Assembly: GCA_964435235.1 (NCBI GenBank)
Contig: CAYSXZ010000057.1
Span: 1-50,582, forward strand
Origin: Candidatus Micrarchaeota archaeon
Lineage (GTDB): Archaea > Micrarchaeota > Micrarchaeia > Anstonellales > Bilamarchaeaceae
Direction of reading: 5' to 3'
DNA length: 50,582 bases
The notes under the pieces were generated by a model. The model worked only from the letters and a program-made list of their open reading frames with translations, did not search any database and was not told the origin of the DNA. The position numbers were made by a program, and so were the translations under genes. Below are positions 42,956 to 50,582 of the stretch, in pieces (the first letter of the stretch is position 1; each line of letters starts with the position of its first letter).

Positions 42956-43942
42956 TCATCTTTCTCGTTTTACTACAAAATCGGCTATCGATGTAAGAAT
43001 CCCTCTTCCTTTCTCATCTGTTATGCACTCAAGATTCTTTTTAGCTTCTTCTATGAATCGATATGCATGTTGCTGTGAATAATCTATAGATCCATATTTT
43101 CTGAAAAGATCTATCGCATATCTTATATCCTCTGTCTGGCTCGTATGCGATGAAAGTATATTAATTAATCTCTTCTTCTCATCTGACGTTGCATGCGCAA
43201 GGCAATGGACTACAATAAGAGTACGCTTGCCTTCTGTTATGTCTCCTCCAATCTCTTTTTGGTATTTGCTGAAATCACCTGCCACATTAAGAACGTCGTC
43301 TTGTATCTGAAAGGCCACTCCTATATTTTCTCCGAATTTCCTAAGTTCGGCGCATGTTCTCTTATTAGCCCCTCCGAGCATTGCACCGACTTCGCACGAA
43401 AGAGCTATGAGGGCCGCTGTCTTCTTTTTTATCATCTCAAAATATTCGTCTTCAGTGATGTCGAATCTTCCGCTATTCTCCCAATTAAGCTCCTGCCCCT
43501 GTCCTTCGACAACGTGTTTAAACGTTGAAGAGAACATTCTTTCAATGGCGCGAAATTTTCTACAGTCTAGCGGCGCATATGCAAGTTTATCCCATATGAT
43601 GGTATAAAGCGCATCTCCAGAATTAAGAGCAATAGGTACGCCATACAATCGATGAATGGTTGGTTCGCCGCGTCTGAATTGCGAATCGTCTTCTATGTCA
43701 TCATGGATAAGAGTAAAATTGTGAAACATTTCTATAAGAGCTGCCGGGAAAATGATTTCCTTACCTTTACCACCAACGGCATGATAGCAACTGATTGCAA
43801 GTGCCGGTCGTATCCTCTTCCCTCCCCGCTTTATGAAAGGAAAAAGCATACCATATATCTCCTTCGGTTCGTTCTCTAGCATCTTCTCGATTTCTTTCTC
43901 TACTTCCATCAATTCGGCAGCGATAGGTTCGTAAAAGTTCAT
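42956..43942 (-). CDS. idsA: Polyprenyl (geranylgeranyl) diphosphate synthase
   Basis: First DDxxD region LIHDDIEDDS and second FQIQDDVLN. Confidence 0.9.
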   Translation of the reverse strand: MNFYEPIAAELMEVEKEIEKMLENEPKEIYGMLFPFIKRGGKRIRPALAISCYHAVGGKGKEIIFPAALIEMFHNFTLIHDDIEDDSQFRRGEPTIHRLYGVPIALNSGDALYTIIWDKLAYAPLDCRKFRAIERMFSSTFKHVVEGQGQELNWENSGRFDITEDEYFEMIKKKTAALIALSCEVGAMLGGANKRTCAELRKFGENIGVAFQIQDDVLNVAGDFSKYQKEIGGDITEGKRTLIVVHCLAHATSDEKKRLINILSSHTSQTEDIRYAIDLFRKYGSIDYSQQHAYRFIEEAKKNLECITDEKGRGILTSIADFVVKRER

Positions 43943-44046
43943 AGAGAAATAAATCTATCAAAACCTTTATTAATTCTTTATTTTATTTATAGTACAGAAT
44001 AAAATAATAACCAACGCTTCTATCTTTTGCGCTTTCGGGTGGGTTT

Positions 44047-46092
44047 GTGGAAAACGAAGACATCTCTTCTATGGTATCCTTCTTCCATGATTTTTTTACG
44101 ACAGGATATAAAAAAAGAGTAAATGAACTCGAGATCTCCTATCCGGATAAAAAAAGTCTATATGTAAATTATAGCGAGTTTGAAAGGGAGTTTCCAGAAA
44201 TAGCTGATCTTCTCATAAAAAAGCCAGATGTTGTGATAAGGGCAGCTGAACAAGCGCTCGCTGAATTGAAACCCTACATACCAGGCGGAATAAAATTTGA
44301 ACCGCATGTTAGATTTGTTAATCTTCAATCTGATATATTTCTTATTGAGCATCTGAGTTCGGCAAACATAAACGAATTCGTCGCGTTTAAGGGAGTAGTT
44401 ACAAGAAGAGCTGATGTGATGCATAAAGTAAAAATTGCAGTTTACAGATGCGCTATGTGCAATTCAGAGATAAGGATTCCTGTTGATAGATCGTTTATTC
44501 CACCTAGGAGATGCAACGAATGTAAGAAAGTAGGTACAATGAGGCAGGACGAGGAAAGAAGCACATATGTAGATATTCAGCGCGCAGAGGTGCAGGAACT
44601 TCTTGAAAGAGTTAGGGGTGGTGCCCCTGCTGCTCGCGTAGAACTGCTTCTCGAAGACGACCTTGTTAATTCAATAGCGCCAGGAGATAATATAGAAATC
44701 GCTGGAATAATGAGGCTTAAACAGGCGATAAAGCTGAGACAGAAACAAGAACTTGTGTACGGCAGATATATCGAAGTGAATAGCACTAAAAGCCTTCAGA
44801 GGGATTTTGAGGAAATAGAAATAACAAAAGAGGATGAGGCACGAATAAAGGAACTTTCCAAGGATCCTAATATAAGAGATTACATCGTAAAATCTATAGC
44901 GCCGTCTATATACGGACATGATGAAGTGAAGTTGGCGCTTGCGCTTCAGCTCTTTGGTGGAACGAAAGGAAAAACACTAAAAGGCGGTGCGCCTATTAGA
45001 GACGACATCCACATTCTTCTTATCGGGGATCCAGGTTTGGCAAAGACCCGCTTTTTGCTAAGCGTTAACAAACTTGCTCCAAAAAGTATTTATGTCAGCG
45101 GAAAATCAGTAAGCGGAGTTGGACTTACCGTAAGTGCTGAGAAAGACGAACTTAGCGAAGGTGGCTGGACTCTGAAAGCAGGTGCGATAGTACTCGCCAG
45201 TGGTGGCTCAGTCCAGATAGACGAGTTTGACAAAATTGCAGAAGAAGACAGGTCTGCTCTGCATGAAGCACTTGAAACTCAAACTGTTTCTGTGGCCAAG
45301 GCAGGCATAGTCGCAAAGTTCAAAGCTAAGACATCTGTACTTGCAGCGGCTAATCCTAAATATGGAAGATTTGACCAGACTAAAAATCTTGCTGAGCAAT
45401 TCGACGTTCCGCCCACCTTGCTTTCTCGTTTTGACCTTATATTCCCAATAGTAGATGTTCTTGATGAGGAAAAGGATCTAAAACTCGCAGAGCACATACT
45501 TTCAATCCACAGAGGGGAAGAAAATACCGAAGAGGAAATACCCATTATAGAGACTGAACTAATTAGGAAATATATATCATATGCGAGGAGACATTGCTAC
45601 CCTAAGCTTACTAGGGAAGCATCAGAAAAAATAGAAGAATTCTACGTTCAATTGAGAAGAAAAAGCAAAGAGGCCGGCTCAGTGGCGATAACGCCAAGAT
45701 ATTTGGAAGGACTTGTAAGGCTCGCGGAAGCAAATGCAAAAATTAGATTGAGCGACACTGTAGATGCAGAAGATGCTGAAGTAGCGATAAAATTGTTTAA
45801 CTACGTTATGAAACAAATAATGATAGACCGAGAAACAGGTATGCTAGATGTAGATGTCGTAACAACCGGCAAGCCAAAATCAGCACGAGATAAGATGCAA
45901 AAGATAGACACAGTAAGAGAGATAATAAAGGAGCATTTGAAGCATGAGGATAGTGCAGATATCGAAGAAGTAGTCAGTGATGCTGCCTCATACGGCATAG
46001 AGGAAGACGAAACAAGAAGAATAATATCTGAGTTACTCAGACGCGGAGAGCTTTACGAAAAGGAGCAAGGTCATGTTAGAATTGTGAGGTAG
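44047..46092 (+). CDS. mcm: Replicative helicase MCM
   Basis: N-terminal zinc finger CAMC...CNEC, Walker A LLIGDPGLAKT, Walker B IDEFDK, arginine finger SRFDLIF. GTG start. Confidence 0.95.
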   Translation: MENEDISSMVSFFHDFFTTGYKKRVNELEISYPDKKSLYVNYSEFEREFPEIADLLIKKPDVVIRAAEQALAELKPYIPGGIKFEPHVRFVNLQSDIFLIEHLSSANINEFVAFKGVVTRRADVMHKVKIAVYRCAMCNSEIRIPVDRSFIPPRRCNECKKVGTMRQDEERSTYVDIQRAEVQELLERVRGGAPAARVELLLEDDLVNSIAPGDNIEIAGIMRLKQAIKLRQKQELVYGRYIEVNSTKSLQRDFEEIEITKEDEARIKELSKDPNIRDYIVKSIAPSIYGHDEVKLALALQLFGGTKGKTLKGGAPIRDDIHILLIGDPGLAKTRFLLSVNKLAPKSIYVSGKSVSGVGLTVSAEKDELSEGGWTLKAGAIVLASGGSVQIDEFDKIAEEDRSALHEALETQTVSVAKAGIVAKFKAKTSVLAAANPKYGRFDQTKNLAEQFDVPPTLLSRFDLIFPIVDVLDEEKDLKLAEHILSIHRGEENTEEEIPIIETELIRKYISYARRHCYPKLTREASEKIEEFYVQLRRKSKEAGSVAITPRYLEGLVRLAEANAKIRLSDTVDAEDAEVAIKLFNYVMKQIMIDRETGMLDVDVVTTGKPKSARDKMQKIDTVREIIKEHLKHEDSADIEEVVSDAASYGIEEDETRRIISELLRRGELYEKEQGHVRIVR

Positions 46093-46096
46093 TTAG

Positions 46097-46927
46097 ATGA
46101 GCCGGATCATACTTTCTATCGTCGCATTTTTTATATTATCCCAGATTATAGGAATTTATACTGGTATTGCTGTGCTGAACGACCTTTATTTCAACCCGTA
46201 TGTAAACATGCTCGTCGTTACCACGGATTCAGCGAATCCGACCAATGCAATATTTTTTATGTTGTATGTTGTATTGGGCGCTGTTGTAATGATAGTGTTA
46301 ATAAGAAAATTCATGCTTCATCTGATTTTTAGAGTAATTGAATTTATTTTACTCTCTACAGCATCCTCTATCGTCTTCTATTCTTTTCTAAGGATTTTTT
46401 ATGGATATGAGTTAAGCATGTTAGGTGGAATTTTTCTAGGTCTTCTACTTGCGTCTATAAAACTTTTGAGTCCTGCGTTCAAAAATCTTGCTGCTATTCT
46501 TGCAACTGGAGGCGTAGGAGTAATATTTGGAATTTCGTTGACACCGCTCCCGGCCATTATCTTCCTTGTTTTGCTTTCGCTTTATGATTACATAGCAGTT
46601 TTTAAGACAAGGCACATGATCGAATTCGCAGAATTTATAGTAAAAAAAGACCTTGCCTTTACTGTAACGTCAAAAGCGGTTATCGAAGGAAAGGAAAGAA
46701 GGCTTGATTTAGGCACTGGCGACTTGATAGCACCAATAATTCTTGAGGTCTCCACGCTCGCTTACCTTCCCGGGGCAACCCTTTTCGTCTTTCTGGGTGC
46801 AGTCATCTCTCTTGTTGTTTTTCTTCTTCTCGTTTGGAAGAGAAAGGTTGTTCTTCCTGCTCTCCCACCACTAGTCTTTGGGATGCTTCTATTTATGGTT
46901 ATAGGAAAGGCTTTAGGATTTTATTGA
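46097..46927 (+). CDS. Presenilin/signal-peptide-peptidase-like intramembrane aspartyl protease (A22 family)
   Basis: Polytopic, with the LYDYIAVF (YD), GTGDLIAP (GxGD) and LPALPP (PAL) motifs in the canonical order. Confidence 0.85.
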   Translation: MSRIILSIVAFFILSQIIGIYTGIAVLNDLYFNPYVNMLVVTTDSANPTNAIFFMLYVVLGAVVMIVLIRKFMLHLIFRVIEFILLSTASSIVFYSFLRIFYGYELSMLGGIFLGLLLASIKLLSPAFKNLAAILATGGVGVIFGISLTPLPAIIFLVLLSLYDYIAVFKTRHMIEFAEFIVKKDLAFTVTSKAVIEGKERRLDLGTGDLIAPIILEVSTLAYLPGATLFVFLGAVISLVVFLLLVWKRKVVLPALPPLVFGMLLFMVIGKALGFY

Positions 46928-46954
46928 TTACTGAGCAAAAGAGAAAAGGAATAA

Positions 46955-49711
46955 TTATTCAATGATGATTGCTGGTTTGTTTGGCATAGCATTCTTTGCT
47001 TTTTCATGTTTCGCTTCATGGTCCATAAGAACCTCGACATTACATAAGAATTCTGTTGCAAAGAAAGATTTTGCCTCCTTAAGGATTTCTAACTCTTCTT
47101 CTGTACTCATTATGTCTTGGAGTACGTAGATATTCTTTATCAGCGGCTTAAAGAATACTGGAATGTCTCTTATATATCGCTTCAGCAAAGGATCCTCTCG
47201 CGCAACTTTCATAGCTTTTTCAAACGATCTCTCTTTTTTGAGCAGTTCGTATGCCTTTCTCTTCCAGTCTCCAGCAACGCATATTGTTATTTTCTCAGGC
47301 ATCTTTCTTGTTTTTGTTTTTACAAGTGTGGCTATCTTTTCAATATCATCCCTTGTCTGTTTAACAAATTCTTCCGCTCTTTCTATATCATCATCAATTA
47401 CGTTTTCGTTGGCCTGAGGAAATTTCTCAAAGTCTACAAAGGTATTATGCCCAAGTCTCTCCCAAAACTCGTTTGCAATGTGCGGCATAAAAGGTGAAAT
47501 TGCTATCGTCCATTTTTCGAATATTTCTCTCAGATTCTTTTTATCAGCCCTTTTTATGTACCACTTCAAATCGGTTATAAAATCGTAGAAAAGTTCCATA
47601 GAAAGCCTGCGGAGGTCTAGCGTCTCATAAAACATTTCAGCATTCTTCAACCTACGATTGAACCGAGAGAGCATCCATCTATCTACCCTACTCATTGCCT
47701 GTTCCTTTTCCTTTGCCTTTATGGTTTCTTCGAGAAGTTCTTCTATAAATGTTACCCTCGATTTTACCCCTTCTGCGACGGTTTTGTTAAAATCGGTATC
47801 GCTAAGAAGGTCTGCTCCGCTGACAACAGAAAATCTTATTATATCTGCACCGTACTCGGAAATTGCCTTTCGTAATGGAAGGATGTTGCCCATACTTTTG
47901 CTCATCTTCATACCGTCCATTAAAACAAAGCCATTTGTGACTATCTGCTTAGGCCAAAACCTCTTTTCGAATATTGCCACATGATTAAAAACAAAAAGTG
48001 TAAGATGATTTCTCAATAAATCGCCTGCGCTATGCCTCGAATCGAGTGGATACCAGTACAGAAAGCTATCGCGTAATTTTTTCATTTTCGGGGTTCCGTT
48101 TCCTTTTCCAAGAAAAACATAATCAAAAAATTCTTGTGTGAGTTCACTCTCATCGAAATCTGAAAGAAGATGAGATATTGTGTAATATGCCATATATATT
48201 GTAGAATCTGCAAGCGCCTCTATCATCTTGCTTTCATCAAACGGAAAATGCGTTCCTAAACCTTTTGCCCTCGTGCACGGTCTTGTCTTTAACCAATCCA
48301 CCGTGTAGAGAAGAACATTCTTCGTTTCTTCGGGAATGATGCTCATAGAATTTATACATTCTTTTGCCTTTTCCTTCCAATCCGGTTTGCCGTAATCTAT
48401 GAACCATTGGTCCTGAAGGAGGTTAACAACGATCTTTTCTCCGCATCTACAGTACAAAGGAGCGTTTGCAAGTACGTAAATTTGGAATGCATTACCTTCT
48501 GCTACTAAATCCTCGCCGACCTTTTCTTTCGCTTCTATCACAGGCATACCTTTGTATCTTCCTACAAGCATTTTACCTTCGTGTGCTTCCCTCCTATAAA
48601 TTTCTTTTGTTGCTTTTTCTGCAAGCGGGTCGTTCTGATTCTTTACATTCATCCTCTCTACTTCTTCTTTAGCAGGTGCCTTTCCATAACCTGGAAGCTC
48701 TATTACTTGAGGCATTTCTATGCCCGCATTTCCTAAATCACGAAGTGCAAGGTAGTCGTATGGTGCGTGTGCGGGAACAGACATCACTATGCCTGTGCCT
48801 ATCTCTTCGTTTACAAAACTTGCCGGATAGACAGGAACTAATGCGCCAGTAGCTGGATTTTTCGCTTTCATCTTCAGCAACTTCTCTGCCGAGACGTCTT
48901 CCACGATATTAATTTCTAGCTGATAACTAAGAAGCTCGGCTGCCTTTTTCGCTAAATAAACAAACTCCCCGTTCAACCTTGCTCTCACGTATTTTACTTT
49001 TTGGTTAATCCATATGTTCGTAACACCGTAAATCGTCTCAGGTCTATAAGTTGTTACTATGAAAGAGCCGCTTCCGTCTTCGGAAGCAAATTTAATGATA
49101 GTAACGCGCTCAAGCTCAGGATCGATGTCTCCTTTTGTATCATGCGCACTAACTGCCTGCTTATCATTTGGACACCATGCAATAGGATATTCGCCCTTAA
49201 CCAGATAACCAAGTTCTTTAAGCTTGCGAAATTGCCACTGAATAAAACGATTGAATTTAGGGTCGGATGAATAGAATTTTCTTCTCCAATCTATGCTGTA
49301 GCCCATTTCTCGCATTCCTTCCTCTATCTCCTTGGAAAAATACATAACGAGCCCTTCAGGGTCTGCGAGCGTCTTTGCCTTTTCTTCAGAAATACCATAG
49401 ATGGCCGAGAAAACCTTGATAACTTCTGGGTCGCGTTCTGCAATCCTTTGCGCCATTGCTATCACAGGAGTACCTGTAACATGGAAGCCCATCGGAAAGA
49501 GAACATTGTATCCCTTCAGCCTTAAATATCTTACATAAATATCAGTAGTGGTATACGTTCTGGCGTGGCCGATGTGCTGAGGAGAATTTGGATAGGGAAA
49601 GGCAGCTGTAATGAATTTTTTTTGCCGCATGTCCGGTTCTGTCTCAAAGCATCTTTTCTCTTCCCACAACTTATTCCACTTCTTTTCAATCCTATTGACA
49701 GCCATAACCAT
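46955..49711 (-). CDS. leuS: Leucyl-tRNA synthetase, archaeal type
   Basis: HIGH motif PNSPQHIGHARTY and the KMSKS motif. Archaeal/eukaryal-type domain order. 918 aa. Confidence 0.93.
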   Translation of the reverse strand: MVMAVNRIEKKWNKLWEEKRCFETEPDMRQKKFITAAFPYPNSPQHIGHARTYTTTDIYVRYLRLKGYNVLFPMGFHVTGTPVIAMAQRIAERDPEVIKVFSAIYGISEEKAKTLADPEGLVMYFSKEIEEGMREMGYSIDWRRKFYSSDPKFNRFIQWQFRKLKELGYLVKGEYPIAWCPNDKQAVSAHDTKGDIDPELERVTIIKFASEDGSGSFIVTTYRPETIYGVTNIWINQKVKYVRARLNGEFVYLAKKAAELLSYQLEINIVEDVSAEKLLKMKAKNPATGALVPVYPASFVNEEIGTGIVMSVPAHAPYDYLALRDLGNAGIEMPQVIELPGYGKAPAKEEVERMNVKNQNDPLAEKATKEIYRREAHEGKMLVGRYKGMPVIEAKEKVGEDLVAEGNAFQIYVLANAPLYCRCGEKIVVNLLQDQWFIDYGKPDWKEKAKECINSMSIIPEETKNVLLYTVDWLKTRPCTRAKGLGTHFPFDESKMIEALADSTIYMAYYTISHLLSDFDESELTQEFFDYVFLGKGNGTPKMKKLRDSFLYWYPLDSRHSAGDLLRNHLTLFVFNHVAIFEKRFWPKQIVTNGFVLMDGMKMSKSMGNILPLRKAISEYGADIIRFSVVSGADLLSDTDFNKTVAEGVKSRVTFIEELLEETIKAKEKEQAMSRVDRWMLSRFNRRLKNAEMFYETLDLRRLSMELFYDFITDLKWYIKRADKKNLREIFEKWTIAISPFMPHIANEFWERLGHNTFVDFEKFPQANENVIDDDIERAEEFVKQTRDDIEKIATLVKTKTRKMPEKITICVAGDWKRKAYELLKKERSFEKAMKVAREDPLLKRYIRDIPVFFKPLIKNIYVLQDIMSTEEELEILKEAKSFFATEFLCNVEVLMDHEAKHEKAKNAMPNKPAIIIE

Positions 49712-49816
49712 GCTTAGTGATTAGTTATTGATACTTTTATAAAACATTCCTTAGAAATCCATCTACAAAGAAAGAGAAGAACTACATTACATTCGCTCTA
49801 TTTATTGAATCCGGAG

Positions 49817-50582
49817 ATGAGCGATATGAGAAAGGAAGATGAATTTGGATTCGAGAAGATCATAGAAGTTTACGACCAGAAGACTGGGATGCAAGGTGTT
49901 TGCGTCATCCACAACACGGCGCGTGGACCTGGAAAAGGCGGGGTAAGAATGGTTCCTGATGTTACGACAGAAGAGGTCATGGGACTTGCAAGGGCAATGA
50001 CATGGAAGAATGCGATGGCTGACCTACCGTTTGGCGGAGCAAAGAGTGGAATAAAAGCCGACCCAAAAAATATGACAAAACAACAAAAGGAAGAGATCGT
50101 TCGCGCGTTTGCAAGAAAAATTGCTGATATCATACCTGATGAATATATAGCAGGACCAGATATGAACATGACAGAGGTGGAAATGGCGTACATCGCAGAT
50201 GAATTGAACGATTCTCGTGCTGCTACCGGAAAGCCGATTGAGATGGGCGGGTTGCCGCATGAATTGGGAAGCACTGGTTATGGTGTTGCGCTTGCTACAA
50301 AAATTGCGGTGGAGCACACAGGAAAAAATATTGAAGGAATGAAGGTTGCAATAGAAGGATTCGGAAATGTTGGAACATTCACGATGAAATTCCTAACAGA
50401 AATGGGAGCAAAGGTCGTTGCGGTCTCGGATTCTAAAGGTACGATATATAACGAGAATGGATTAGATTATGAGAGGCTTATCGCTACGAAAGAGAAAAAG
50501 GGAACCGTCACTGCATATGAAGGAAGTATTCTTGGAAATAAAGATATATTTGAATTGAATATCGATATATTAATACCAGGGG
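49817..50582 (+). CDS. Glu/Leu/Phe/Val dehydrogenase family protein (likely glutamate dehydrogenase), 3'-truncated by the window edge
   Basis: Hand-translated from the ATG at 49817: MSDMRKEDEFGFEKIIEVYDQKTG...ARGPGKGGVRM...LPFGGAKSGIKADP...GFGNVGTF. Catalytic Lys region and Rossmann GxGxxG. Absent from the ORF track because no stop lies within the window. Confidence 0.85.
   Translation, partial: MSDMRKEDEFGFEKIIEVYDQKTGMQGVCVIHNTARGPGKGGVRMVPDVTTEEVMGLARAMTWKNAMADLPFGGAKSGIKADPKNMTKQQKEEIVRAFARKIADIIPDEYIAGPDMNMTEVEMAYIADELNDSRAATGKPIEMGGLPHELGSTGYGVALATKIAVEHTGKNIEGMKVAIEGFGNVGTFTMKFLTEMGAKVVAVSDSKGTIYNENGLDYERLIATKEKKGTVTAYEGSILGNKDIFELNIDILIPG

Overview
Low-GC archaeal chromosome segment, probably from a small-genome DPANN-like lineage (my inference). 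The archaeal markers are an rpl18e-rpl13-rps9-rpoN cluster, aRF1, MCM, Hjc, diphthine synthase, archaeal-type LeuRS and uL11. Housekeeping genes include bacterial-type metK, glmS, ppsA, pyrEF, GGPP synthase, nifS/iscU, beta-carbonic anhydrase and a CDP-alcohol phosphatidyltransferase. An accessory stretch at about 12-19 kb surrounds a tRNA-Arg gene. It carries an AbiEii-like nucleotidyltransferase, a Fic gene flanked by direct repeats, small HTH and membrane ORFs, repeat elements and vapBC. The main finding is in the unlinked 23S rRNA gene (about 25231-28541, about 3.3 kb), which is interrupted by at least eight short AT-rich hairpin insertions. Five of them (43-45 nt) share one architecture and a nearly identical 14-nt apical loop, AGGUUUUUAGGAAG, while their stems differ with compensatory changes. 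Each fits a bulge-helix-bulge (BHB) geometry, and cutting after the second bulge nucleotide restores the conserved rRNA sequence. Two sit inside the sarcin-ricin loop and the A-loop, so they must be removed from functional rRNA. The same rule predicts a 13-nt D-loop intron in tRNA-Arg(CCG). Other notable items are a full-length bacterial sigma-70-family protein in this archaeal context, several small zinc-ribbon ORFs below the ORF-track cutoff, and a PadR regulator with a C-terminal Cys cluster coupled to nifS-iscU. All family calls come from motifs I recognise in the translations. All rRNA alignments use reference sequences recalled from memory. No database search was run.
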